Assembly (NCBI GenBank): GCA_036012755.1
Contig: DASCPX010000129.1
Coordinates: 64,001-128,000, forward strand
Direction: 5' to 3'
DNA: 64,000 nucleotides
DNA from: Myxococcota bacterium
GTDB lineage: Bacteria > Myxococcota_A > UBA796 > CAJQPC01
Positions 56,413 to 64,000 of this stretch are shown here, piece by piece. The notes under the pieces were generated by a model, which saw only the letters and a list, made by a program, of their open reading frames with translations, did not search any database and was not told where the DNA came from. Within the stretch, counting starts at the first letter, position 1. Every line of letters starts with the position of its first letter. A program made the translations under genes and the position numbers.

Positions 56413-57351
56413 TCAGAGCAGCCACTGCATGGCCGCCCAGGCCCCTGCGGCTGCCGCCAGTGGCACGCTCAGGTTGTCGTCGATCCTGCGGGAGACGAGC
56501 TCCGCCACGGTCGCCAGCGGTGCTGCACAGGCGGCCACGACCACCGCGCCGAGGAGGCCGACGGCCGGGTGGAAGACCCACACCGTGACGAAGGTCACGA
56601 TCAAGGCGGTCGCCAGGAAGGCCGCGCTGCCCTGGAGGCTGCGCCCATTCATCAGCTTGATCCTGCCGTAGCGTCGGCCGATGATCGCCGCTATCGGATC
56701 TGCGGCGCCGAGCACGATGACCGCCACGGCGCAGAGCAGCTTCGAGCCCGTCAGCGACAGCAGGAACAAGGCTGTGCAGTACCAGGTGGCCGAGTTCACG
56801 CGGTGGGCCTCGTGGGGGTGGCTCACCTTGGAGAAGACCCACAGCAGGGCGTCGTTCCAGCGGGGCAGGTAGCGGCGCGACAGCTCCAGGGTCCAGGCGA
56901 CGCCGACGAAGGTGGCCGCGACAGCCTGCATCCAGCTGACCGTGAGCACGTGCTCGATGAGCCCGAGCGCCACGAAGCCCCCGAGGACGTGGAGGAGGTT
57001 GCGGGCGTAGTTGCTCGGCCGCAGGGAGGGCACGTGGATGTCGAAGGCCGAGAGCTCGACCGCGAGGGCCTCGTAGGCAGGCTGCAGGGCCAGGCGAAGG
57101 GACTCCCACGCGGCCCGTACGTCCAGCGCGTCCGCGCCGGGCGTGTACTCCCGGATCAAGGCGAGCAGGCTCCCCATGTGTTCGCGCAGCGGGTTGACCA
57201 GGCTGCCCTCCACCAGCGCCTCGAGGCGCTCGGTGAGAGAGGCGAGCCGTCTCGACGCCGCCGCCTCGAAGCCCTCGGTCCAGCGCACCGGGTCGAGGTC
57301 GTGAAGCAGGGCCCGCAGGTCGAGCGCGATGGCTGCTGCTGCTGCGCTCAC
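56413..57351 (-). CDS. CTP-dependent diacylglycerol/polyprenol (phytol/dolichol) kinase family
   Basis: RNLLH, ADPIAAIIGRRYG, RSLQGS, IDDNLSVP. Confidence 0.82.
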   Translation of the reverse strand: MSAAAAAIALDLRALLHDLDPVRWTEGFEAAASRRLASLTERLEALVEGSLVNPLREHMGSLLALIREYTPGADALDVRAAWESLRLALQPAYEALAVELSAFDIHVPSLRPSNYARNLLHVLGGFVALGLIEHVLTVSWMQAVAATFVGVAWTLELSRRYLPRWNDALLWVFSKVSHPHEAHRVNSATWYCTALFLLSLTGSKLLCAVAVIVLGAADPIAAIIGRRYGRIKLMNGRSLQGSAAFLATALIVTFVTVWVFHPAVGLLGAVVVAACAAPLATVAELVSRRIDDNLSVPLAAAAGAWAAMQWLL

Positions 57352-57549
57352 TCGGCGCCCCTGGGCGATGCGGGCGGGGGCGTTGCTTTCTTCACTGGGG
57401 CTCCGAGGCCTGAACGTAGCCCGTGAGGTCGCTCCTGGTCACTGGCATCTGGCTCAACCCATTGCAGAACGCGTCCGTTATATGCCTGCCCACTTGCCCG
57501 ATCGGCTCGCGGATCCTAATCTTCCGCGTCTTTCGCATGGAGGCTGTAC

Positions 57550-57966
57550 ATGTCGACCGCCGACGCCTCGCCCAACGATGTCCCCGTCGAGGACGAATAC
57601 CTCTCAGTCGACGAGGTCGTGCACCTCAGAGGCATCCTGCGCGAGCGGGCCGAGAAGCTGCTCGACACCTCCCGCCAGAGCCTGACGGAGCTCACCGAGC
57701 TCAAGGAGGTCGACGCGGACGCTGTCGACCAGGCCGCGAACGAGTCGGATCGCGGCTTCTCGCTGCGCCTCGCGGATCGCGACCGGCTCATGCTCCGCAA
57801 GATCCGCAAGGCCCTGGAGCGCGTCGATGAGGGGGAGTACAGCGTCTGCGAGAGCTGCGGCGAGCCCATCACCTACAAGCGGCTCCTCGCCCGCCCTGTG
57901 GCGACCCTGTGCATCGACTGCAAGACCACAGCAGAGCAGCAGGAACGCCGCAGGTGGGACTTCTGA
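57550..57966 (+). CDS. dksA: DksA/TraR C4 zinc-finger protein
   Basis: DAVDQA coiled-coil tip, KIRKALER, CESC...RLLARP..LCIDCK. Confidence 0.9.
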   Translation: MSTADASPNDVPVEDEYLSVDEVVHLRGILRERAEKLLDTSRQSLTELTELKEVDADAVDQAANESDRGFSLRLADRDRLMLRKIRKALERVDEGEYSVCESCGEPITYKRLLARPVATLCIDCKTTAEQQERRRWDF

Positions 57967-57985
57967 GCTCCGAGCGCTGTTCGGC

Positions 57986-58609
57986 ATGCTCGAGATAGCC
58001 CCCCGCCGAGCTGAGCTGGAGCGCCTCGGATTCACGATCGTCCGCGATCTGCCTGACGAGGTCGTCGGCGTTCGCATGCGCTTCCACTGGGACCTCACGA
58101 TGCGGCTGTTCACGGTCTGCCGCCTGCGCAAGGTCGCGCGGCTGGAGCGTGACGGCCTCGAGCGGGAGCAGGACAGCATCGAGGCCATCGCCAAGAAGAC
58201 CGACACCTCGGTCCTCCCTCGCGGCTTCCAGTTCGGCTGGCAGCTCATCGACATCTGGCTCGCGGACAGCGCCTCTGAAGAAGTGCTCGCCTTCGCCGGC
58301 GACAAGATCGGCAAGGGCTTCGGCCTGTCCTGGCACCCGGCGGTCGTCACCGCTGATGGGGCCACCTTCGCCTCTCCCATCTGGGGGGCGGCGATGTGGC
58401 CCAAGAACAAGCACGTCATCGAGCGCGTCGGCACCCTCGAAGGCCCTGACGAGGCCCCCCTGGCAGGTCTGGGCCTCGCGCTGACGGTGCTCGTGTTCTG
58501 GCCGGCGTTGGCCGGCGTCGTGTTGATGCTCTGCGGCCTTCCGCTGATCGCCTTCCCCCTCGGCTACCTGCTGGAGAAGGACCGGTCGCCCCCTCAGCTG
58601 GACGGCTGA
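57986..58609 (+). CDS. Hypothetical membrane-anchored protein
   Basis: LPRGFQFG motif and a C-terminal TM hairpin. Confidence 0.55.
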   Translation: MLEIAPRRAELERLGFTIVRDLPDEVVGVRMRFHWDLTMRLFTVCRLRKVARLERDGLEREQDSIEAIAKKTDTSVLPRGFQFGWQLIDIWLADSASEEVLAFAGDKIGKGFGLSWHPAVVTADGATFASPIWGAAMWPKNKHVIERVGTLEGPDEAPLAGLGLALTVLVFWPALAGVVLMLCGLPLIAFPLGYLLEKDRSPPQLDG

Positions 58610-59427
58610 AAGCAGCTGAGCTCGCCCAGCTCGACCCAGGGCCTGTCCTCGCTGTTGGCCAGCGGCATGGACCTCGCCGTGAGGATCTCGACGCCTCGCT
58701 TCGTGAGCGCCAGCGTGTGCTCGAACTGGGCGGACAGCGAGCCGTCGCTGGTGACCGCGGTCCAGCCGTCGTCCAACTCGTGGCAGCGCCAGTCGCCGAG
58801 GTTGATCATCGGCTCGATGGTGAAGCACATGCCGCGCTTGAGCTTCGGGCCGGTGCCGGGCACGCCGTGGTGGGGAACGCTGGGCTCGCTGTGGAAGACA
58901 CGCCCGATGCCGTGGCCGCAGTAGGCGCGAACCACCGAGCATCCGTTGGCCTCGGCGTAGGTCTGGATCGCGTGACCGATGTCCCCCACACGGGCTCCAG
59001 GCCGCATCGCTGCGCGGATGCCGATCTCCAGGCACCCTCGGGCGACCTCTGTGACCTGGCGGGCTCGGGGGCTGGGCTCGCCGACGTAGAAGGTCGCGCT
59101 CGTGTCGCCGTGGAAGCCGTTGTTCCTGGGCAGGACGGGGGTCACGTCGACGTTGATGATGTCCCCTCTCTCCAGCGCGTATGAGCCGGGGATGCCGTGG
59201 CAGACGACGTTGTTGACGCTCGTGCAGCAGCTCTTGGGGAAGCCCTTGTAGCCGAGCGGGGCGGAGCGAGCGTGGCGCTCTGTGGTGTAGGCCTCGACGA
59301 GGGCGTCGATCTCTCCGGTGGTGATGCCCGGGCGGATCTGGTGCGACACCATGCAGAGGATCTCGGCAGCCAGCTTGCAGGCCCGCCGCATGCCCTCGAT
59401 CTCCGCGCCCGAGTGGTAGTTGATCAC
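58594..59427 (-). CDS. map: Type I methionine aminopeptidase
   Basis: CTSVNNVVCHGIP, DVT, HGDTS, GHGIG, FTIEPMIN, SAQFEHT. Confidence 0.96.
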   Translation of the reverse strand: MINYHSGAEIEGMRRACKLAAEILCMVSHQIRPGITTGEIDALVEAYTTERHARSAPLGYKGFPKSCCTSVNNVVCHGIPGSYALERGDIINVDVTPVLPRNNGFHGDTSATFYVGEPSPRARQVTEVARGCLEIGIRAAMRPGARVGDIGHAIQTYAEANGCSVVRAYCGHGIGRVFHSEPSVPHHGVPGTGPKLKRGMCFTIEPMINLGDWRCHELDDGWTAVTSDGSLSAQFEHTLALTKRGVEILTARSMPLANSEDRPWVELGELSCFQPSS

Positions 59428-59476
59428 GCCGTCGCCCTCGCCGTCGTCCTGATAGCTTGGAGGTCGAGAACAGACC

Positions 59477-59878
59477 ATGTCAGCCAGCTTCCAGACCCAG
59501 ACGGAACTCTTCGCGCCACCCGCGCGCCTCTTCGACGCCTGGCTCTCCACCATCGAGCAGGCGACCATCACCGGGGCCCCGGCACTCGTCGAGCCCTTCG
59601 TCGGGGGCCGATTCTCTCTCTGGGGCGGCTCCGTGACGGGCCAGCTCGTGTTCATCCAGCGACCCGACCGCATCGCCCAGACATGGCGAACAGAGGACTT
59701 CGGGCCCCGAGCAGATGACAGTCGGTTGGAGCTCAGCTTCGAGCCCACCGCTCGCGGGACGCGTCTTTGCATCACGCAGGACCGCATCCCCCCCGCTCTA
59801 CGCAGGCAGTTCGTCTACGCCTGGAGCCAGGTGTACCTGCCGGCGTTGTCGGCCTGGACCGCCGCCCTGGTCGCCTGA
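59477..59878 (+). CDS. SRPBCC/AHSA1-like protein
   Basis: LFDAWL, VGGRFSLWGG, RIAQTWR, GTRL. Confidence 0.85.
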   Translation: MSASFQTQTELFAPPARLFDAWLSTIEQATITGAPALVEPFVGGRFSLWGGSVTGQLVFIQRPDRIAQTWRTEDFGPRADDSRLELSFEPTARGTRLCITQDRIPPALRRQFVYAWSQVYLPALSAWTAALVA

Positions 59879-61129
59879 GTGTTGTTCCTGCTCTCCTGCA
59901 GCTGGTCTCCGACTCTCGTCGATGGCGTCAACAGCGTGGCTGTCGATGGCGTCGACGGGCTCTCCTGCACCCTCCGCGCAGACGAGCGCGAGGTCCACGA
60001 GGGCGTCGTCAACGAAGACGGCGAGTACAGACTCCACGGGCTGCTGGCCGAGGAGGTCTACGACTGCTCAGCTGGCGACGTGCTCTTCGAGGTGGAGACC
60101 GAGCCGCTGCCCGAGTGGATCCCGCCGATCACGCTGTCGGGTGACCCGGAGCTGAGCTCTGGCGCGTACACGCTGTTCTCCCACTTCGTCCAGGAACCTG
60201 GCACGGGCCACACGGAGCAGGTCCTGCTCATCGTCGACCGCGAGGGCCAGGTTCGCTGGTACCACCGGCTTCCTCCCGAGATCGGCGTGACGGACGCGAG
60301 CTACACGCCCGACGGCCAGGTGCTCTACGGGGGACGCAACGGGAGCCCCGCCATCGTCAGCCTCTCTGGGGAGAAGCTGTGGACCTGGGACATCGTCGGC
60401 CAGCACCACGACATCGAGATGCTGCCCTCTGGGCGGGTCGCGGCGCTCGTGTACGTGCAGTACTCGGACTACCTGGGCTTCGGCGTGAAGGTCGTCGACC
60501 CCGAGACCGACGAGCTCGAGTACTTCATCCAGGACAGCGAGTTGGAGCTGGAGCTCCCGGATGAAGTCGAGGACGACCGCGATCTCTTCCACGCCAACGC
60601 GCTCCATGTCGAGGAGCGCCACGGCGAGCTCGTCCGACTCTGGGTCAACCTCCAGCACACCTCCCAGCTCATCCGGATTCAGCCGCGGGACCGGGTCATC
60701 GACCTCGACGTCGGCCCCGACAGCGAGTGGACTATGGATGGGGACTGGTGGGAAGGCCCTCATGACCCCAAGTTCTCCGGGGATCGTGTCTTGTTCTTCG
60801 ACAACGGCAACGCCGAGCGCGGGACCCGGATCCAGGAGGTCCTCTTCGACGAGGACGACCTCCAGGCGGTCACCAGCTGGACCTGGTCGCCGGGCTGGTT
60901 CGAGGAGGTCTGGGGGGGCGTCGCCTACCTGCCGGACGACCACGTGCTCGTCGTGCGCGGCCACTGTCGGACCTGCACCTCAGAGGGGCAGAGCGCCTTG
61001 ATCGAGGTGGATCGACAGGGTGGAGTCGTCTGGCAGCTGGAGTTCGAGGAGCTCTCCGGTCTGTACCGGGCCCAGCCCCTGGGCGGATGTGACATCTTCC
61101 TCAACCGCCTCTACTGTCCCGAGGGATAG
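59879..61129 (+). CDS. Arylsulfotransferase (ASST)-like lipoprotein
   Basis: LIVDREGQVRWY, HHD, FHANAL, PHDP, FFDNG. Confidence 0.75.
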   Translation: MLFLLSCSWSPTLVDGVNSVAVDGVDGLSCTLRADEREVHEGVVNEDGEYRLHGLLAEEVYDCSAGDVLFEVETEPLPEWIPPITLSGDPELSSGAYTLFSHFVQEPGTGHTEQVLLIVDREGQVRWYHRLPPEIGVTDASYTPDGQVLYGGRNGSPAIVSLSGEKLWTWDIVGQHHDIEMLPSGRVAALVYVQYSDYLGFGVKVVDPETDELEYFIQDSELELELPDEVEDDRDLFHANALHVEERHGELVRLWVNLQHTSQLIRIQPRDRVIDLDVGPDSEWTMDGDWWEGPHDPKFSGDRVLFFDNGNAERGTRIQEVLFDEDDLQAVTSWTWSPGWFEEVWGGVAYLPDDHVLVVRGHCRTCTSEGQSALIEVDRQGGVVWQLEFEELSGLYRAQPLGGCDIFLNRLYCPEG

Positions 61130-61138
61130 AGTCCGGGC

Positions 61139-62443
61139 GTGCTGGCCCCCTTCCTGGCGTGCATTGGCAGCTCGGTCATCGACCGGACCCCTCCGAGCGC
61201 TCCGGTCACCAGCCTCGCCCTGGAGCCAGTCATCGTGCGGGCCTCCGGGACGCTCGTGTGCCGTCTCGCAGGAGAGCCCCACGAGCTCCACAGGGTCGCC
61301 GCCGTTGATGGTGTCTACGCTCTCCATGGCTTGCTGGCGGACTCCACCTACAGCTGCAACGTCGGCCTGGGCGAGCCCTTCGAGGTCACGACGGAGCCCC
61401 TGCCAGACTGGGTCCCGAGGCCTGTCGTCGGGGGGGATCCGGGGAGCAGCGAGGTCGGATACCTGCTGGCCCAGACCTTCTGGCAGGACGATGAGGATCG
61501 TGTGGGCCAGCCCGCGCTCGTGATCCTGGATCGCGAGGGACGTGTTCGCTGGTACCACGCCCTCGGCGAGGACTACGAGGCCGTCGACGCCAGCTACCTT
61601 GGTGACGGACGAGTGCTCTATGGCGGCAACGGTGGCCCTGTCCGAGAGGTCGACCTCTACGGTGAGCCGATCTGGGAGTCCTGGCAAGGCATCCATCACG
61701 ACGTCGAGGAGCTCCCGTCGGGCCTCGTCGCTGGCCTCATCGAGGCGCCACAGCCCGACTACATGGCCTTCGGCGTCGTGGTCTTCGACCCGAACACTGG
61801 CGAGGAGACCTGGCGCTGGGAGTCTCAGGACCACCTCGACACCTTGCCGCTGCCGGCGGAGCACTCCATCTACGACGTCTGGCACGCCAACTCCTTGCAG
61901 ATCGAAGAGGTCGACGGCGTCGTGGAGTCGGCCTGGATCAACGTCCGGAACCAGGACCTCATCCTTCGCATCGATCGCGACAGTGGCGACGTGGACCTGA
62001 GCATCGATCCCAGGGAGTGGTCGATCCAGAAGGCCGGCGGCGAGGACGCCGAGTGGTTCCACCAGCCCCACGACGTCCAGGTCCGTGGCCACGAGATCCT
62101 GCTCTACGACAATGGCTGGGTGGGTGGCTACAGCCGCATCATGGAGTTCGAGTTCGACGAGGACAGCCGCGTCGCGACGGGGACCTTCCAGTGGGGCGAG
62201 AGCTGGTACGAGTCCGTCTGGGGAGGCGTCGACGAGCTCGGCGGGGGACACCTCATCGTCGCTCGGGGCCACTGCACGGGCTGCCCCACGAAGGGGACCG
62301 GCGGGAGTCAGCTCATCGAGGTCGACCGCAGCGCCCACGAGGACGTCTGGCGCGTCCGCTTCGAAGAGGAGGGCGTCGGGCTCTACCGGGTCCGTCCCAT
62401 CGATGGCTGCTCGATCTTCAGCACCTCGCGCTACTGCGACTGA
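61139..62443 (+). CDS. Arylsulfotransferase (ASST)-like lipoprotein, tandem paralog
   Basis: ILDREGRVRWY, HHD, WHANSL, QPHDV, LYDNG. Confidence 0.75.
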   Translation: MLAPFLACIGSSVIDRTPPSAPVTSLALEPVIVRASGTLVCRLAGEPHELHRVAAVDGVYALHGLLADSTYSCNVGLGEPFEVTTEPLPDWVPRPVVGGDPGSSEVGYLLAQTFWQDDEDRVGQPALVILDREGRVRWYHALGEDYEAVDASYLGDGRVLYGGNGGPVREVDLYGEPIWESWQGIHHDVEELPSGLVAGLIEAPQPDYMAFGVVVFDPNTGEETWRWESQDHLDTLPLPAEHSIYDVWHANSLQIEEVDGVVESAWINVRNQDLILRIDRDSGDVDLSIDPREWSIQKAGGEDAEWFHQPHDVQVRGHEILLYDNGWVGGYSRIMEFEFDEDSRVATGTFQWGESWYESVWGGVDELGGGHLIVARGHCTGCPTKGTGGSQLIEVDRSAHEDVWRVRFEEEGVGLYRVRPIDGCSIFSTSRYCD

Positions 62444-64000
62444 GCCAGGGGCGCTTCGCCCACCGTGAAGCGTCCTTGCTCGGTGCGGCCGAAGTTCTCC
62501 GGGCGGTACATCTCCTCGGCCGTCGCGGCCGGGTAGCTGTATTCGCCAGGGGTCGTGGCGCGGGCCACGTAGCTGTAGGTGTGGACGCCAGCTGGCATCC
62601 AGTCCGCGTAGAGCATGACCTGGTCGTCTCGGAGCTCCCGGTGGACGAAGACCCAGTCGCTCCACGTCGGGCTCTCGTCCGACCAGCCGGTGTCGTACCA
62701 ACCGCCGTAGTAGCCGTAGTAGCCGTAGCCGGTGTCCTGGAGCTCCCCGTCGCCCAGCGAGGACGCGGAGGTGGCGAAGAAGGTATCCACAGGCTCCAGG
62801 CCCGCTGGGAGCGGGCTGACGACCGCCACGTAGGTCCGGTCGATCGGCGTCGACACGCGGAGCTCGATCTCGACCATCGCGCCCGGGTCGACCTGGTCGG
62901 CCACACCGGCCCCCTCGATGATCGTCATCGTTCGCGTGACGGTGAAGCCCGCGTCCCGTGGCGGCATCTCGTCCATCCCATAGGCCAGTCGCAGCTCGTA
63001 GTACGCGCGCCCGTCCAGAGGTTGGATGGTGACGTCCTTCGAGTCGATACGGTCGATGGGCACCTCGTGCTGCAGCCACTCGCCGGGGGTGAGCTCCTCT
63101 TCGAGCAACAGCGCCCCGATCCTCACGCTGACGGCCCTTGCGGGGTCCCCTTCGTAGACCTCGGCGTAGGCCGAGAGCGCCTGGAAGCTGCGCAGGGTCG
63201 TATAGGTGTTGCCCCACCGGCCCTGGTTGCGGCCGGCGACGATGCCGTTGGCGAGCTTCGGCACGAGCGCGTGCTCGGGCTCGACCACCATGAGCGCGCG
63301 GAGGGCAGCCGCCGTCGGGGCCATGTCGCCGTCGAAGAGCGCGGCCCAGCGGGCCATGTCGTCGTCCTTCACGACGGCTCGGGTGGCCTCGACGAAGAGG
63401 TGGCCCTCGATCTGTCCCTGGAGCTCTGTCGTGCGAGCGTCCGGACCGCTCGTGCGGCCGATGGTCTCCATCAGCTCGAAGCGCCCCGTCAGCGACAGCT
63501 TGTCCCTGCGGTCCCACAAGGCCGAGTTCCAGCCGGGGTCACCCTCGCCAATGCGGGCGAGGGTCAGGGCCACGCGAGAGCGCGCGGACCACGTCGTCTC
63601 CTCCGCCCACCATGTCGGCGTCCAGCGGCCGTCCATGAAGTTGCGGAGGAAGCGCACGGTCTCCTCCGAGACTCCAGGCCCCACGCCTTGGAGCTGTGCG
63701 TGGTGAAGGACCTCGGCGAGGTGAGCAGTGGCCAGCACGGAGGGCTCCTTCTGGCCGGGCCAGTAGGCGTAGCCGCCGCTGGCGTGCTCGAAGAGCTCGA
63801 TGCGAGCGAGCCCGGCGTCGATCAACGCGTCGAGCTCCGCGGGGTCCCGGTCGAGTCCGGCCAGGTCACCGAGGTCCTTCGCCAGGATCGCGGCCAGCAG
63901 GCGCGAGGAGGTCTGCTCCAGGCAACCGTGGGGGTACTGGACGAGGTAGTCGAGGCTGGCGTCGGTGCCGACGAGGACGGTGTTCGAGATCTGGATGTCG
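62431..64000 (-). CDS. Bacterial alpha-2-macroglobulin, 3' part (5' end outside the window)
   Basis: Thioester motif QYPHGCLEQT at about 63910-63939; PLPAGLEP, ELRDD, YVARATTPG, AEEMYRPE. Confidence 0.92.
   Translation of the reverse strand, partial: DIQISNTVLVGTDASLDYLVQYPHGCLEQTSSRLLAAILAKDLGDLAGLDRDPAELDALIDAGLARIELFEHASGGYAYWPGQKEPSVLATAHLAEVLHHAQLQGVGPGVSEETVRFLRNFMDGRWTPTWWAEETTWSARSRVALTLARIGEGDPGWNSALWDRRDKLSLTGRFELMETIGRTSGPDARTTELQGQIEGHLFVEATRAVVKDDDMARWAALFDGDMAPTAAALRALMVVEPEHALVPKLANGIVAGRNQGRWGNTYTTLRSFQALSAYAEVYEGDPARAVSVRIGALLLEEELTPGEWLQHEVPIDRIDSKDVTIQPLDGRAYYELRLAYGMDEMPPRDAGFTVTRTMTIIEGAGVADQVDPGAMVEIELRVSTPIDRTYVAVVSPLPAGLEPVDTFFATSASSLGDGELQDTGYGYYGYYGGWYDTGWSDESPTWSDWVFVHRELRDDQVMLYADWMPAGVHTYSYVARATTPGEYSYPAATAEEMYRPENFGRTEQGRFTVGEAPLAQSQ

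Overview
High-GC bacterial chromosomal window. MYXO-CTERM surface proteins, a Myxococcus-type Cys-rich repeat, an FHA-sigma54 activator and TraB-like barrels point to a Myxococcota-related lineage. It is densely coding. Housekeeping genes are gpmI, ltaE, thyX, dksA, map and a fused 2-oxoacid dehydrogenase E1. Two paralogous operons each pair a giant acidic thrombospondin-like MYXO-CTERM protein with a TraB-like outer-membrane protein. Also present are a FadR-regulated oxidative operon, two sigma54 activators, an ABC exporter pair, tandem arylsulfotransferase-like lipoproteins and the 3' part of an alpha-2-macroglobulin. The standout is the only long gene-free stretch (about 26940-28350). It has a near-consensus sigma54 promoter, an 11-bp helix pairing its 5' and 3' ends, many GNRA/UUCG hairpins, internally repeated motifs and a strong intrinsic terminator. 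This fits a ~1.14-kb structured non-coding RNA that I cannot assign to rRNA, tmRNA, RNase P or a self-splicing intron. All calls are by eye from motifs; no database searches or folding programs were run.
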